41,474 nucleotides of DNA from positions 1-41,474 of IMG/VR virus record IMGVR_UViG_2563366877_000003; one strand, 5' to 3'. The notes below the pieces were generated by a model. That model made no database searches, was not told the origin of the DNA, and saw only the letters and a list, made by a program, of their open reading frames with translations. This DNA comes from a virus. Lineage: Duplodnaviria; Heunggongvirae; Uroviricota; Caudoviricetes. Numbering within the stretch: position 1 is the first letter of the stretch; every line of letters starts with the position of its first letter. Made by a program: the position numbers and the translations under genes. This document shows, in pieces, positions 24,122 to 34,668 of the stretch.

Positions 24122-24589
24122 TCATCGAAGGCATTGTGTCCTGATATATTCCTGAAGCGTTCTCAGTGCTGTTTGGTCGCGGATAATTCCGTCCCGGATA
24201 TCGAGAACGTTTCGTCCAGCAACTGGAGAGAGTTCGACGGAGGCATCATTGCCCATGCCGGAGGCGCTGGAGGTTTCGGCTGAGGATGGCATAGGGCATT
24301 TTCCTTTGACGAACACCCGACCACCATTATCAAGCTTGCGCCGAAGAGCATCATTTTCAGCTTTCGCATCAGCTAACTCCTTCGTGTATTTAGCATCGAG
24401 TGCATCAGCAGCACGCTGGCGTTGCTGCATGTCAGTAATGGTGGCAGTCGCCTGCTTCAGCTCACTGACTTTTTTATCGCGCTGCTCTTTGTAGGTCATG
24501 GCGTTATCACGGTAATGATTAACAGCCAATGACAGGCAGACGATGATGCAGATAACCAGAGCGGAGATAATCGCGGTGACTCTGCTCAT
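24122..24589 (-). CDS. Rz: Spanin inner-membrane subunit Rz
   Basis: 155 aa, [20 protein letters not shown]...AVNHYRDNA...[20 protein letters not shown] matches lambda Rz. Confidence 0.9.
   Translation of the reverse strand: MSRVTAIISALVICIIVCLSLAVNHYRDNAMTYKEQRDKKVSELKQATATITDMQQRQRAADALDAKYTKELADAKAENDALRRKLDNGGRVFVKGKCPMPSSAETSSASGMGNDASVELSPVAGRNVLDIRDGIIRDQTALRTLQEYIRTQCLR
24163..24369 (-). CDS. Rz1: Spanin outer-membrane lipoprotein Rz1 (embedded in Rz, +1 frame)
   Basis: ORF wholly inside Rz; lipobox VVGC and proline-rich PPAPPAW as in lambda Rz1. Confidence 0.8.
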   Translation of the reverse strand: MRKLKMMLFGASLIMVVGCSSKENALCHPQPKPPAPPAWAMMPPSNSLQLLDETFSISGTELSATKQH

Positions 24590-25062
24590 ACCTCAATCTC
24601 TCTGACCGTTCCGCCAGCCTCTTTGAATTTTGCAATCAGGTTGTCAGCCTTATGCTCGAACTGACCATAACCAGCGCCCGGCAGTGAAGCCCAGATATTG
24701 CTGCAACGGTCGATAGCCTGACAAATATCACCGCGATCAATCATCGGTAAAGCGCCACGCTCTTTAATCTGTTGCAGTGCCACAGCGTCCTGGCTTTTCG
24801 GAGAGAAGTCTTTCAGGCCAAGCTGCTTGCGGTAGGCATCCCACCAACGGGAAAGAAGCTGGTAACGTCCGGCTGCTGTTGATTTGAGTTTTGGGTTTAG
24901 CGTGACAAGTTTGCGAGGGTGATCGGAGTAATCAGTGAATAGCTCTCCGCCTACAATGACGTCATAACCATGATTTCTGGTTTTCTGCCGTCCGTTATCA
25001 GTTCCCTCCGACCACGCCAGCATATCGAGGAACGCCTTACGTTGATTATTGATTTCCACCAT
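24586..25062 (-). CDS. R: Endolysin R (lytic transglycosylase)
   Basis: 158 aa, near-identical to recalled lambda R ([35 protein letters not shown]...). Confidence 0.95.
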   Translation of the reverse strand: MVEINNQRKAFLDMLAWSEGTDNGRQKTRNHGYDVIVGGELFTDYSDHPRKLVTLNPKLKSTAAGRYQLLSRWWDAYRKQLGLKDFSPKSQDAVALQQIKERGALPMIDRGDICQAIDRCSNIWASLPGAGYGQFEHKADNLIAKFKEAGGTVREIEV

Positions 25063-25369
25063 CTTCTACTCCGGCTTTTTTAGCAGCGAAGCGTTTGATA
25101 AGCGAACCAATCGAGTCAGTGCCGATATAGCCGATGAACACGCTCGTTATATAAGCGAGATTGCTACTTAGTCCGGCGAAGTCGAGAAGGTCACGAATGA
25201 ACCAGGCGATAATGGCGCACATCGTTGCGTCGATTACTGTTTTTGTAAACGCACCGCCATTATATCTGCCGCGAAGGTACGCCATTGCAAACGCAAGGAT
25301 TGCCCCGATGCCTTGTTCCTTTGCCGCGAGAATGGCGGCTAACAGGTCATGTTTTTCTGGCATCTTCAT
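25046..25369 (-). CDS. S: Holin S (class I, dual start)
   Basis: 107 aa [22 protein letters not shown]..., lambda S with dual-start MKM; upstream CCCCTTCTGGGGG hairpin as in lambda. Confidence 0.95.
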   Translation of the reverse strand: MKMPEKHDLLAAILAAKEQGIGAILAFAMAYLRGRYNGGAFTKTVIDATMCAIIAWFIRDLLDFAGLSSNLAYITSVFIGYIGTDSIGSLIKRFAAKKAGVEDGGNQ

Positions 25370-26170
25370 GTCTTACCCCCAGAAGGGGATCTGTTCAAAT
25401 TAGGAATTATGGATATGGTCGCTTGAACAAATCCGGGTTACGGTTGATTTGTAACGGGCTTGTTCGTGACCGCATTCATGAGCAAATCAGGCGTGGATTG
25501 CGCCAACAATACATGCCGCTCATATCACGAAGCCCAGCCATTGATGCTGGGTTTTCTTTTTTAAAGCGCACTAGACAACCGTATCCACAGAGTGTCAGCA
25601 ATGAGTTGGTTAGGTCTGGTTCTTGGTGGAAGTACGCTTTAAAAAATGGGCTGAGGGTTGTAGCCCAAAATACTGAGGGAATGGTAAGGATGAACAACGG
25701 TTTTGCTCTGGGTGGATTTGGCTGTGGTGGCCGGCGCTGATCTCCGGCTTGTATACAGGCACCTTGTTCTTCCGAAGCTCTCCTGCGCGCATCAGCCTGC
25801 GCATTCACCACACCGGAAAGAGCACTCAGTTGTATCGGCCAGTTGTGCCACTAAGAAATGCTTTCGCAGACCGTTAAGCTCTTTGCCAGTTCTTTAATGC
25901 TCTTACCTGTTGTGTGCCCATTATTAATCACACCGGGCCAGTGCGCCGAATTTGTTTACAAGGAGTCGGAAGACCTTGCTGACTTACAGGCTATTACGCC
26001 GCCATCAGAACAACATCATCGTTTGCATTTATCTTTGTGGTCAGTTTCTAAAAAACCGCAAAGTCGCCAACTCTGACGAAAACTATCGTTGTGCTGCCAC
26101 AACGATAAGAGCACTCGGTGCATTTAAGCCAAGCCCCATAAGGGAGAATGCTCTTACCTGTTACACAGAT

Positions 26171-26229
26171 ATAAAAAATCCCGAAACCGTTATGCAGGCT
26201 CTAACTATTACCTGCGAACTGTTTCGGGA
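26171..26229 (-). terminator. Late terminator tR' (end of the short pR' transcript)
   Basis: Minus strand CCCGAAAC...GTTTCGGG hairpin followed by TTTTTTAT; matches recalled lambda tR'. Confidence 0.8.
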
Positions 26230-26362
26230 TTGCATTTTACAGACCTCTCAGCCTGCGATGGTTGGAGTTCCAGACGATGCGTCGAAGTGACCAACTAGGC
26301 GGAATCGGTAGTAAGCGCCGCCTCTTTTTATCTCACTACCACAACGAGCGAATTAACCCATC

Positions 26363-26400
26363 GTTGGGTCAAATTTACCCAACTTTATTCAAAAAGTCAA
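26363..26400 (-). promoter_or_regulatory. Late promoter pR' with overlapping Q-utilisation (qut) site
   Basis: Minus strand TTGACT (26400..26395), 17-bp spacer, TAAATT (26377..26372); sequence matches lambda pR'. Confidence 0.8.
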
Positions 26401-26442
26401 TATTATGCCGTTAACATGTTGCCATCCGTGGCAATTATGCTG

Positions 26443-27066
26443 CTAACGTGTGACCGCATTCAAAATGTTGTCTGCGATTGACTCTTCCTTGTGGCATTGC
26501 ACCACCAGAGCGTCATACAGCGGCTTAACAGTGCGTGACCAGGTGGGTTGGGTAAGGTTTGGGATTAGCATCGTTACAGCGCGATATGCGGCGCTTGCTG
26601 GCATCCTTGAATAGCCGACACCTTTGCATCTTCCGCATTCTTTCTCAACAACTCTCCCCCACTGCTCTGTTTTTGCTATATCAACCGCACGGCCTGTACC
26701 GTGACAATCTCTGCATCTTGCGCCAGGCGTCGCGGCACTACGGCAATAATCCGCATAAGCGAATGTTGCGAGCACTTGCAGTACCTTTGCCTTAGTATTT
26801 CCTTCTAGCTTTGCCACACCACGGTATTTCCCCGATACCTTGTGTGCAAATTGCATCAGATAGTTGATAGCCTTTTGTTTGTCGTTCTGGCTGAGTTCGT
26901 GCTTACCACAGAATGCAGCCATTCCGAATCCGGCTTGTGATTGCGCCATCCCCATAGCAGCCATCACATCAGTACCGGAAAGAGAGTCAGAAGCCGTGGC
27001 CCGTGGTGAGTCACTCATCATCGGGCTTTTTGGCGAATGAAATTTAGCCACGCTTTCGAGTCTCAT
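26443..27066 (-). CDS. Q: Late antiterminator Q
   Basis: 207 aa, matches recalled lambda Q including the CRDCHGTGR...CGRCKGVG zinc-binding region. Confidence 0.95.
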   Translation of the reverse strand: MRLESVAKFHSPKSPMMSDSPRATASDSLSGTDVMAAMGMAQSQAGFGMAAFCGKHELSQNDKQKAINYLMQFAHKVSGKYRGVAKLEGNTKAKVLQVLATFAYADYCRSAATPGARCRDCHGTGRAVDIAKTEQWGRVVEKECGRCKGVGYSRMPASAAYRAVTMLIPNLTQPTWSRTVKPLYDALVVQCHKEESIADNILNAVTR

Positions 27067-27728
27067 GCGCCTTCTCCCTGTACCTGAATCAATGTGAGAT
27101 TTCCGCAGAACACTGCCCCAGTATCGATATACATCTGGTTGGCAAATTTGAGTGGTTTCACTGCTGGCGTATGACCAAAGATGAACGTGTCCGCGCCTTT
27201 GATTTCTTTCACGATCCCGTCTTGTGAGTTGCTGATTCGTTCGCGGTTCCAGATTACCTGCTGATGATCAACTGGCTTTCCAAACTCGTATTCGTCACAA
27301 GGATAATCGGCGTGGCAGATGACATATTTTTTATCTTTGCTCACCAGTTCGATGATTAACGGAAGTTCATCTGCTTTATGGGCAAGAGCTTTAGCCAGAA
27401 TTTCTTTGTCGTAATCGAGATTAAAGAACCAGCCACCGCCATTAAGCATCCAGTGATTGACGTTTCCTCGCTCTGATAAGCCATCAATCATCATTTGCTC
27501 ATGGTTTCCACGTACAGCTCTGAACCAGGGGAATGTGATTAATTCCAGGCATTCGACGTTCTCTGTACCGCGATCGACCAAATCGCCAACCGAGATAAGC
27601 AGGTCTTTTTTGGTGTCGAATCCTATCGTCTCCAGTTTTTTCATCAGGTTCGTGTAGCATCCGTGCAGATCGCCAACTACCCAAATATTTCGGTATTTGC
27701 TGCCATCAATTCTTTCGTAATAGCGCAT
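27063..27728 (-). CDS. Ser/Thr protein phosphatase (lambda ORF221 / NinI type)
   Basis: Metallophosphatase motifs GDLHG, GDLVDRG, GNHE; matches lambda phosphatase from the internal start MRYYE at 27728. Confidence 0.9.
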   Translation of the reverse strand: MRYYERIDGSKYRNIWVVGDLHGCYTNLMKKLETIGFDTKKDLLISVGDLVDRGTENVECLELITFPWFRAVRGNHEQMMIDGLSERGNVNHWMLNGGGWFFNLDYDKEILAKALAHKADELPLIIELVSKDKKYVICHADYPCDEYEFGKPVDHQQVIWNRERISNSQDGIVKEIKGADTFIFGHTPAVKPLKFANQMYIDTGAVFCGNLTLIQVQGEGA

Positions 27729-27912
27729 CTCTTTCACTCCATCCGCGATGAACCATAAGAACGTCGTTGACGATGGCGTGCATTTTCCCGTCTTTATCAT
27801 CAACGTATTTTCTGACCGTACAGCGACTACATTTCAGTCTGCGTGCTACTTCTGTCTGGTTTCCGTATGCTTCAACGAGCATGTCTGGAATGGTTTTTAC
27901 TGAGAACGTCAT
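27706..27912 (-). CDS. ninH: NinH
   Basis: 68 aa [36 protein letters not shown]..., matches lambda NinH. Confidence 0.8.
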   Translation of the reverse strand: MTFSVKTIPDMLVEAYGNQTEVARRLKCSRCTVRKYVDDKDGKMHAIVNDVLMVHRGWSERDALLRKN

Positions 27913-28520
27913 GCGGCCTCACTTCTGCTATTTCGCAGGTCTTTGAGTTTCTGTTGGTACTCTGCCTTGATCGCCTTGCACTCTTCGACAGTCCAGCGAT
28001 GGCGGTTATGGTTTGATTCGATTTCGTCTACTGCTTCCTGCCCGATACGGCTAATCAGTTCGACGCGATACGGAACGAGATTTCCGCTTTTGTGCTGGTT
28101 GCACACCACGCATTGCTTGTGAATATTGCGTTCATCAAATCGGAGTTGAGGTGCCGCAGCAGTTGTCCGGTAATGTCCGGCATCCCACTGAGCAGACGTG
28201 ATCGTTCCGCATGAGATACATGGTAAGTCGCGGTCTCTTTCTCTGATGAAGGCGTTTACGGCTTGTTGGGCTTGTTTAATCCAGTAACTGCGGGGCTTTA
28301 AGGCGAGTTTTCGAATCTTAAGTTTATCTTTCTGTTTCTGCTCCTCTCGTCGTCGTTTCTTCTCTGCTGCTTTTTCCGCTTTTTCGCGTTCTTTGCTTCG
28401 TCGTTCGAGTGCTATCTTTGTTCCACACTCTGGAGAGCACCACCACTGATTAGCGAATGCAGGGTGAAACCATTCCCGACATTCATCGTTTTTACATCGT
28501 CTTCGCGCTGGTTTAGCCAT
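27909..28520 (-). CDS. ninG: NinG (Rap-like recombination endonuclease)
   Basis: 203 aa, Cys-rich N-terminus; matches lambda NinG. Confidence 0.9.
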   Translation of the reverse strand: MAKPARRRCKNDECREWFHPAFANQWWCSPECGTKIALERRSKEREKAEKAAEKKRRREEQKQKDKLKIRKLALKPRSYWIKQAQQAVNAFIRERDRDLPCISCGTITSAQWDAGHYRTTAAAPQLRFDERNIHKQCVVCNQHKSGNLVPYRVELISRIGQEAVDEIESNHNRHRWTVEECKAIKAEYQQKLKDLRNSRSEAA

Positions 28521-28689
28521 CGTCTTCTTCCTCGTACATTGAGCTATTCGGATCGCTCATCAGTTCTGCGCAGCAGTGCTCACACACGTGAACTTCCAGC
28601 ACATGCAGCTTCTGACCGCAGTTAGCGCACGTTAAAGCCCGCTCGACGCTTTCTTTCTGGTATTGAAGAGATTGGGATGGACTAAGCAT
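28513..28689 (-). CDS. ninF: NinF
   Basis: Internal start [40 protein letters not shown] matches lambda NinF (58 aa). Confidence 0.7.
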   Translation of the reverse strand: MLSPSQSLQYQKESVERALTCANCGQKLHVLEVHVCEHCCAELMSDPNSSMYEEEDDG

Positions 28690-29089
28690 GGCTTTCACCA
28701 TTAAAAAGTCGCTTGTAAGCATCAATGTCTCGTTTTGCTTCACCAAGCTTTCGTCTTAATTCCATGTTTTCTGATTCAAGCTTTTCCATGTCTTGCTGGT
28801 ATCGATCGCGGTGTTCTTTCCATGCTTTTCGATACGCCTTCATGTATGTCGTATTGGCCTTTCTCTTTGCCTGACGAACTGCATGGTGGTTATTCACAAA
28901 CCAGTCAGGGTCGTTAAATGCTGCTCTGGCGCATGTATACCAATAATTTGTTGCCTCCCTGTTTAGCCAATAAATACTGATAAATGGCAACTGTATCGAC
29001 ACCATTTTTCGTTGAGACTCTTTCTCGCCAAACATGTGCCCTTTTTTGATGCTAAGGCCAAATCCAGGTTGAATTAAAAGCATTGTCAT
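28682..29089 (-). CDS. Hypothetical protein between ninE and ninF (NinX position)
   Basis: ORF with ATGA overlap to the ninE stop at 29086..29089; charged coiled-coil C-terminus; not present in lambda. Confidence 0.45.
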   Translation of the reverse strand: MTMLLIQPGFGLSIKKGHMFGEKESQRKMVSIQLPFISIYWLNREATNYWYTCARAAFNDPDWFVNNHHAVRQAKRKANTTYMKAYRKAWKEHRDRYQQDMEKLESENMELRRKLGEAKRDIDAYKRLFNGESHA

Positions 29090-29262
29090 TTCCTCGCACG
29101 ATTTCTTAGCCACCGGATATCCCACAGGTGAGCCGTGTAATTGAAGGTTTTTACGTCAGATTCTTTTGGAATTGGCTTGCGTTTATTTCTGGAGCGTTTC
29201 GTTGGAAGGTATTTGCAGTTTTCGCAGATTATGTCGGTGATACTTCGTCGCTGTCGCCTCAT
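29086..29262 (-). CDS. ninE: NinE
   Basis: Internal start [53 protein letters not shown] matches lambda NinE. Confidence 0.7.
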   Translation of the reverse strand: MRRQRRSITDIICENCKYLPTKRSRNKRKPIPKESDVKTFNYTAHLWDIRWLRNRARK

Positions 29263-29786
29263 GCCGCTCTCCTGACGCCCTGCCCGATCGCCATCAATGC
29301 CGCTTTGGATACGGTAGTAAACATCCGTCGAGGACTGATGAACGGTCGCCAAATCAGCAGCATGGAGCCTTTGCTGTTTCCCTTCTTCTCCAACCCTGTC
29401 GATGGTTCGATAAAATTAATCCGTCCATCAGTGATAATGCGAACTTCGTCGACACTCTCCAGAGCCTTGCTGAACCATCCGACTGACATATCCTCTGGCA
29501 CAAGCATAACTACCGTCTGTCGCTGTTGTATGCACTGCTCAGCGGCTTTTTCCACCCACGGCCTGATATTGCTGTACGGTGGGTTATTCCAGATTGCACC
29601 GTGGCTTACCCACTCAGAATTGAGCGCGTCGTCGGCCTCAGTTAGCCAGTGAGCACACAGAGCATTTTTGTCGCTCGCTGCCGAATCCAGCCAGAATCCA
29701 AACTCAATATCCAGTGCATCAAAAAGCCAAAGCGGCGTTTGCCAGCAGTCCTTGTCGTGTGCTGGCGTATTTGATTTGATAGTCAT
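29259..29786 (-). CDS. DNA N6-adenine methyltransferase (phage Dam family)
   Basis: Catalytic NPPY motif (IWNNPPYSN); start at [25 protein letters not shown] with ATGA overlap to the upstream ORF. Confidence 0.8.
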   Translation of the reverse strand: MTIKSNTPAHDKDCWQTPLWLFDALDIEFGFWLDSAASDKNALCAHWLTEADDALNSEWVSHGAIWNNPPYSNIRPWVEKAAEQCIQQRQTVVMLVPEDMSVGWFSKALESVDEVRIITDGRINFIEPSTGLEKKGNSKGSMLLIWRPFISPRRMFTTVSKAALMAIGQGVRRAA

Positions 29787-30385
29787 GCAGCCCGATCTCC
29801 CCATCTCGCTTTCATTTTTTCATTTGCAAATCGCCAGAATCTTCCTTTGTGATATGAGCTTTCGCCATTACAGCAACGACTAATTGACGAACTATCAAAT
29901 CCTTCTCTGACAGCATCCATAGCTGCTTCATAATAAACCTCCTCCCCAGTTTTCATGTCAGTAGAAATAACAGCTTTACTGGCAGGATGGTCACCACTAA
30001 ATTTACCTAGCGATATAGGTATTCTTCCATTTTGTTTATATCCGTGTTTTGAGTTTTCAGAATGTGATACCCATTCAAGGTTATCAGCCCTATTGTCATC
30101 TCTTCGCCCATTTTTGTGATTAACTACCAAGCCATCACAGAACCCTGTACAGAATGCTTTCGCAACTATCCTGTGGGCGCTGTATTTCTTACCGTATACC
30201 TTTATTTGAAGATATCCTGTCGACTTGCACTTGAATGGTTTTACACTAGTGCCATTAATTATTTTCTTATATGGCCTCTGTCTGGTTGATGTTACTGTAA
30301 CTTCCCTCGTAATAGACCTAAAATTTCCTTTATTGCTAACCTGATAAAATGGAATCCCTTCGATATCTACCCAAACCTCAATCAT
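29783..30385 (-). CDS. HNH homing endonuclease (NUMOD4 N-terminus, HNH core)
   Basis: N-terminus EVWVDIEGIPFYQVSNKGNFRS (NUMOD4-like); HNH core VVNHKNGRRDDNRADNLEWVSHSEN; C-terminal HKGRFWRF motif. Last residues KARWGDRAA equal the recalled lambda NinB C-terminus. Confidence 0.8.
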   Translation of the reverse strand: MIEVWVDIEGIPFYQVSNKGNFRSITREVTVTSTRQRPYKKIINGTSVKPFKCKSTGYLQIKVYGKKYSAHRIVAKAFCTGFCDGLVVNHKNGRRDDNRADNLEWVSHSENSKHGYKQNGRIPISLGKFSGDHPASKAVISTDMKTGEEVYYEAAMDAVREGFDSSSISRCCNGESSYHKGRFWRFANEKMKARWGDRAA

Positions 30386-30794
30386 AATTCCTCCATTCGC
30401 TAAGATGAATTGAGTTCATGGCACAATATGCTTCTATGTAGTCCATTATTTCGGATATTTTTTTTACAGATAGAGTCGCCGTACTCTCTCTGATGTTTAT
30501 TAGCTCACCTTCTAACCCTGATATAATCTCAGGGTGCTGATTGGTTGCAATCTGCCAACCAGAAACGAATAACCCCTTCCAAAACTCAATATTTCTTGCT
30601 TTTCCATGATATGTAGCCTTCTTACTTATTTCAGATAGCATCGCGTGAAGGCGTGCATTTTGCCGAATGCTGCGGTTGCGTTCCTGAATGGTTACTACGA
30701 TTGGTTTGGTTGGGTCTGGAAGAATTTGCTGTACCGCGTGAATAGCGTTTTGCTGATGTGCTGGAGATCGAATTTCAAAGGTTAGTTTTTTCAT
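30378..30794 (-). CDS. ninB: NinB (Orf-family recombination mediator), mosaic allele
   Basis: From internal start MKKLTFEIRSPAHQQNAIHAVQQILPDPTKPIVVTIQERNRS (lambda NinB N-terminus); C-terminal two-thirds diverge. Confidence 0.85.
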   Translation of the reverse strand: MKKLTFEIRSPAHQQNAIHAVQQILPDPTKPIVVTIQERNRSIRQNARLHAMLSEISKKATYHGKARNIEFWKGLFVSGWQIATNQHPEIISGLEGELINIRESTATLSVKKISEIMDYIEAYCAMNSIHLSEWRNYD

Positions 30795-30867
30795 GACTTC
30801 CCTCTCCCCCAAATAAAAAGGCCTGCGATTACCAGCAGGCCTGTTATTAGCTCAGTGATGTAGATGG

Positions 30868-32244
30868 TCATACGTCAGCCCCTTGTGCATATCGTCTGCC
30901 ACGTGCAGCGGGTGCATTTGATGTTGTGCAAATCTGTCTGGCTTCATCCTGGTCACATGCAACAAAGTGTCCGTTGCAGAACCGCTGGTAAACCGTACCA
31001 AGCGAGCCAAAACGGTTTTTCGTCACAATGATTTCAGCAAATGGCGCGGCGCTACTGTTCTCGTCATATACCGCTTCCCGATAGAGCATGATGATTGAGT
31101 CTGCATCCTGTTCAATGCTTCCTGAATCACGCAAATCTGCGTTTGTCGGGCGTTTGTTTGGTCGCTTCTCAACATCGCGCGAAAGCTGACTCAGGGAGAT
31201 AACAGGCGTTTTCAGGTCTTTCGCCATCGCCTTCAGGCTTCCGGAGATGTGAGCAATTGCAAGGTCGTTGCGGTCTGCTTTCGGCTTCTCAATCAGGCCA
31301 AGATAATCCGCCATGATGAGTGACAGGTTTGGATTTTCCTGTTTGTGCCGTTCTGCGATTGAGCGTATTTCTTCGACCGATAACCGCGAGGCATCGACTA
31401 CCCATACATCCAAATCTGCAAGCTGACTCATGCCGTTAGCAACACGTGCCCAGCCCTCGTCATCCATCGATGCAGGATTTCGCAGTACGCTAACCGACAT
31501 CCTCCCGGCGTTGGCAATGCTTCGCTCTGCAATCTGCAATGCGCTCATTTCCATTGAGAAAATCAATACCCCGCGCCGGACGTCAGAACCAGGAATAACG
31601 CGGCTTGCAACGCCTTCGGCAATCTTCAGCGCCAGTTCGGTTTTCCCCATACCAGGACGAGCAGCGATTATCACAAGGTCTTCCGCGTTCATCCCTCCGG
31701 TGATGGCGTCAAGTTCTTCGATTCCGGTCTTCAGGGTATCTGACTCTTCTCCGTTCCTCAGACGCCTGTCAAGCGTGTCAGTGTAGTCAGTGATGATTTC
31801 CCCTAACCGTACCGGTTTAACCTCGTCACGGGGCTTTCTGATGGCTGAGAGACGCTTTACAAGTTCATCCATCGCCTGACTCGATGCGTCGATGGTTCCG
31901 CTCTGAATTGGTTCACGCATTTCATCCATGATTTCCAGCACCAGACGGCGGTGATAGTTATCCGCGACCATTCCGGCATATCCCTTCAGGTTTGCGGCAC
32001 TCGGGCAGTTTTTGCTGGTCATCAGGATTGACGTGAAATGCTCCTCTCCGCACGCCTCGGCAACCATCAGCGCATCGATTAGGTTTCTGTTTCTCGCCTG
32101 CTTGCGGATAACCTCGAAGGCTTTCCGGTAGAGCGGAATTGAAAACGCTTCCGGCTCCAGCGTTGCCAGAACGTCGCTGGCGGTTGGCGTTAATCCACCA
32201 ATCAGCAGGCCACCGATAACGCTCGCTTCGATATCCTGTCTCAT
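30868..32244 (-). CDS. Replicative DNA helicase (DnaB family, P22 gp12-like)
   Basis: 458 aa, Walker [10 protein letters not shown], DnaB C-terminal domain; overlaps the initiator gene. Confidence 0.9.
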   Translation of the reverse strand: MRQDIEASVIGGLLIGGLTPTASDVLATLEPEAFSIPLYRKAFEVIRKQARNRNLIDALMVAEACGEEHFTSILMTSKNCPSAANLKGYAGMVADNYHRRLVLEIMDEMREPIQSGTIDASSQAMDELVKRLSAIRKPRDEVKPVRLGEIITDYTDTLDRRLRNGEESDTLKTGIEELDAITGGMNAEDLVIIAARPGMGKTELALKIAEGVASRVIPGSDVRRGVLIFSMEMSALQIAERSIANAGRMSVSVLRNPASMDDEGWARVANGMSQLADLDVWVVDASRLSVEEIRSIAERHKQENPNLSLIMADYLGLIEKPKADRNDLAIAHISGSLKAMAKDLKTPVISLSQLSRDVEKRPNKRPTNADLRDSGSIEQDADSIIMLYREAVYDENSSAAPFAEIIVTKNRFGSLGTVYQRFCNGHFVACDQDEARQICTTSNAPAARGRRYAQGADV

Positions 32245-33062
32245 GCAATCCCCCTGTCTGCAAACTTCCCTTCCCGAACTCCCGTTAACGAGTCTTCCCT
32301 CAGCAGGTAATCAAAATCAGCCGTCCAGCCCGTGTCGTTGTCTCCGAAGTAAAACGGCTTGGCCTGATGCACAAACGCCCTGACATACGCTCTGAAACCG
32401 TCCACATTTGGCGTTTTCAGTTGCGGGATGATTTTCTTCAGGCGGCGTTTGCGTTTCTCGTTGACCGAAACAGCGTGTGGCAGTCTGTCACCGACTTCGG
32501 TGTTGTAGGCGTTCAGGAAGGATTCGTAGTCGATTCGTTCTGCCTTGCGACGTTCAGGTTTAACCTGCCCATCGCCACCCCCGTTAGGGGGTAAGGGGGT
32601 ATTTGTATTTATTGTCTTTTGTATATTGTCTTTTGTGTTTAGCTGACTTGGCTTATACCCATTAGCCGACTTGGCTAATGTTTTATTAGCTGTTTTAGCT
32701 AATGTTAAGCTGTCCTGGCTAATCCACTGAGAAACCACCTTGTTCACTCCGATTTTCACGCCATCAGCAATGAGGAATTTACGCTCAATAAGCTGGCGCT
32801 TGGCAGCGCAAACATGAGTGTGATGAATACCTGTCATGGCTGCTATCTGCGTGTTTGTGAGTCGATCCATCGGCTTATTGAATCCGTATGTCTTGCGCAT
32901 GATAGCGAGCATCACCTTCATCTGCCGGACGGTTAAATCAGCCATCAGCAGACTGTCGGTAATCTCGTTAGCAACGCGCATGAAACCATCTTCGGTATCT
33001 GCCACGCGATGCTCCACGACCTCCAGTTGAGGCCTGTAATCAGCTAACTTAACGACGCCCAT
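32241..33062 (-). CDS. Replication initiator, lambda O / P22 gp18-like
   Basis: 273 aa; N-terminal region resembles lambda O; gene contains iterons. Confidence 0.85.
   Translation of the reverse strand: MGVVKLADYRPQLEVVEHRVADTEDGFMRVANEITDSLLMADLTVRQMKVMLAIMRKTYGFNKPMDRLTNTQIAAMTGIHHTHVCAAKRQLIERKFLIADGVKIGVNKVVSQWISQDSLTLAKTANKTLAKSANGYKPSQLNTKDNIQKTINTNTPLPPNGGGDGQVKPERRKAERIDYESFLNAYNTEVGDRLPHAVSVNEKRKRRLKKIIPQLKTPNVDGFRAYVRAFVHQAKPFYFGDNDTGWTADFDYLLREDSLTGVREGKFADRGIA
32601..32720. repeat. Replication origin: AT-rich tract plus four 13-bp iterons inside the initiator gene
   Basis: Iterons AGCTGACTTGGCT (32641), AGCCGACTTGGCT (32664), AGCTGTTTTAGCT (32688), AGCTGTCCTGGCT (32708) at 20-24 bp spacing, next to ATTGTCTTTTGT x2. 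Confidence 0.7.
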
Positions 33063-33210
33063 GTTTCACTCCTGCTTTGGCTAGTCTGTAAACACCAACA
33101 AGGCGCTCTGCGAACGCCCTGTTATTTGCTGCGGCTACCACTAATCCCTCAGGTGAATCAGGGTGTCGAATCTCTTCTTTTTCCTGGTATTTCTTACGAC
33201 GTTTTGTCAT
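33049..33210 (-). CDS. Small basic hypothetical ORF between cII-like and initiator genes
   Basis: 53 codons (MTKRRKKYQEKEEIRH...), AGGAG 5 nt upstream of ATG 33210, end overlaps initiator start. Below the ORF-track size cutoff. Confidence 0.3.
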   Translation of the reverse strand: MTKRRKKYQEKEEIRHPDSPEGLVVAAANNRAFAERLVGVYRLAKAGVKHGRR

Positions 33211-33244
33211 AATGACTCCTGTGGATTGATCCAGTCTTTCTACA

Positions 33245-33526
33245 TCAGGCCTCGAAGAATTCGCCGTTCTTCGGGGCTTTTTCTTTTGTCAGGTAATTGG
33301 CAAGCCGCTTAGTCAGCTCAGCCATTTCATCGTCTTCGATTCCGTATTCCAGAACAGCCAGCATCATGCTTACCTGCGAGAAGAAACCATTCTTCCATCG
33401 GCTTACCTGATATTCAGGAATCCCCATTGCTCGAGCGAATGTCTTCTGCCCCATCAGTGCCAGTTTGTTCAGCAAGGCTGACTCGATGCGAGCCGCTTTC
33501 TTGCTTTTAGTTGCAATAGTACCCAT
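33245..33526 (-). CDS. cII: CII-like transcriptional activator
   Basis: 93 aa; ARIESALLNKLALMG...YQVSRWKNGF...MMLAVLEYGIEDDEMAEL aligns with lambda CII. Confidence 0.75.
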   Translation of the reverse strand: MGTIATKSKKAARIESALLNKLALMGQKTFARAMGIPEYQVSRWKNGFFSQVSMMLAVLEYGIEDDEMAELTKRLANYLTKEKAPKNGEFFEA

Positions 33527-33642
33527 AGATAATTTCCTTAATGATTAGATAGAGTTGGCTTCGCAAAGAAACGCAAAACCATAGAGATTTGTTTCTGGTA
33601 ATGCCCTTTTTCAGGGCGGGGATGTGTAAGAGCGTTAATAAC

Positions 33643-33873
33643 TTAAGCGGCCATTAATTCAGGCCAGATGCTTTCCCAATCAACCGGATGAAGGTCTTTG
33701 CGAGTCACTTCACCATTGCTGAACTTCTCAATCAGAACACAAAGTGCTGCGCCCAATTCATGATTACGGCTAAGTGCTTTCCTCAAATAGCCGATAGAAG
33801 TTCCGCACTTGGTGGCAAATTCTCTCTGCTCTTCCAGTGAAAGGGAGTTCAGATACAAGCGGAGTTCTTCCAT
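33643..33873 (-). CDS. cro: Cro-like HTH regulator
   Basis: 76-aa ORF divergent from cI across the operator region, HTH-like segment FATKCGTSIGYLRKALS; assignment mainly positional. Confidence 0.55.
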   Translation of the reverse strand: MEELRLYLNSLSLEEQREFATKCGTSIGYLRKALSRNHELGAALCVLIEKFSNGEVTRKDLHPVDWESIWPELMAA

Positions 33874-33907
33874 TTGCTATCTCCTTCCCGTTGTTGAATA
33901 AGATGAG

Positions 33908-33963
33908 TTTACCTGTAGGTAAAAAGCAAATCAATACCCATAGGTTATTTACCGGCAGGTAAT
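33908..33963. promoter_or_regulatory. Right operator region (OR) between divergent cro and cI
   Basis: Palindromes TTTACCTGTAGGTAAA (33908..33923) and TTTACCGGCAGGTAAT (33948..33963), with a weaker site between. Confidence 0.6.
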
Positions 33964-33981
33964 CAAAGATAGAATTAAATC

Positions 33982-34668
33982 ATGGATAAATACGAACAAA
34001 GACGACTAAGGCTGATAGAGATAAGAGACCGATTCTGTAATGGAAAGGCCTCAGAGTTGGCTCGTCGAATAGAAAGGGAACCATCATACGTTTCCAGAAT
34101 GCTGTATCCGGAAGGAAAAAGCGGAAAAAAACGCATTGCTGACGATATGATGGAACTAATTGAAAAATCTTTTAATCTCCCACGCGGATGGATGGACATG
34201 CTTGCAGATGGTAAAGCTGGAGCTACAGACCATCTTGAGTTTGCGGGTAACGTTCGTGCGGGTTTTGTTCCGGTAATTGGTGAAGCCGTTTTGGGAGTTG
34301 ATGGCTCAGTGGATATGATTGAATTCAGATCCGGTTGGTTAAGCATCTACAGCGGCGATAAAGATGCTTACGGTCTGAAGGTTAAGGGTGACAGCATGTG
34401 GCCAAGGATTCAGTCAGGAGAATATGTTGTTATTGAACCAAATACGCCAGTACATCCAGGTGATGAAGTCTTTGTAAGGACCAAAGACGGTCACAACATG
34501 ATAAAGATCATGAACAAAACAAGAGACGGTGATTATCAGTTTAGTAGCATAAACAGTGATCACCGCCCAATCACTCTTCCTGTTGAAGAAGTTGATAAAA
34601 TGCATTTTGTTTCAGCTATTGTGAAACACACCAGGTACGTAGACCAGGACGATCTGCCAAAAGTTTGA
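33982..34668 (+). CDS. cI: CI-type prophage repressor (HTH plus S24 LexA-like autopeptidase domain)
   Basis: 228 aa; C-terminal S24 domain with GDSMWP serine and downstream lysine; N-terminal HTH; divergent from cro. Confidence 0.9.
   Translation: MDKYEQRRLRLIEIRDRFCNGKASELARRIEREPSYVSRMLYPEGKSGKKRIADDMMELIEKSFNLPRGWMDMLADGKAGATDHLEFAGNVRAGFVPVIGEAVLGVDGSVDMIEFRSGWLSIYSGDKDAYGLKVKGDSMWPRIQSGEYVVIEPNTPVHPGDEVFVRTKDGHNMIKIMNKTRDGDYQFSSINSDHRPITLPVEEVDKMHFVSAIVKHTRYVDQDDLPKV

Noticed and set aside
25476-26290. Several ORF-track entries (60-150 aa, both strands) in the Q-to-S interval, and the possibility of Shiga toxin or other toxin cargo there
   Set aside because: The interval aligns with lambda's non-coding pR'-tR'-S leader; the ORFs overlap each other on both strands, lack ribosome-binding sites, and none resembles StxA or StxB.
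29259-30385. HNH nuclease plus methyltransferase as a classical restriction-modification system
   Set aside because: The nuclease has homing-endonuclease architecture (NUMOD4-like N-terminus, C-terminal KG-F-x-W-R-F motif) and the methylase is of the orphan phage Dam type; I kept the pair as a finding but not as an R-M call.
32601-32720. Regularly spaced short repeats that could be mistaken for a CRISPR-like array
   Set aside because: Only four 13-bp units at 20-24 bp spacing, inside the replication initiator gene and beside an AT-rich tract: this is the classic lambdoid origin iteron arrangement.
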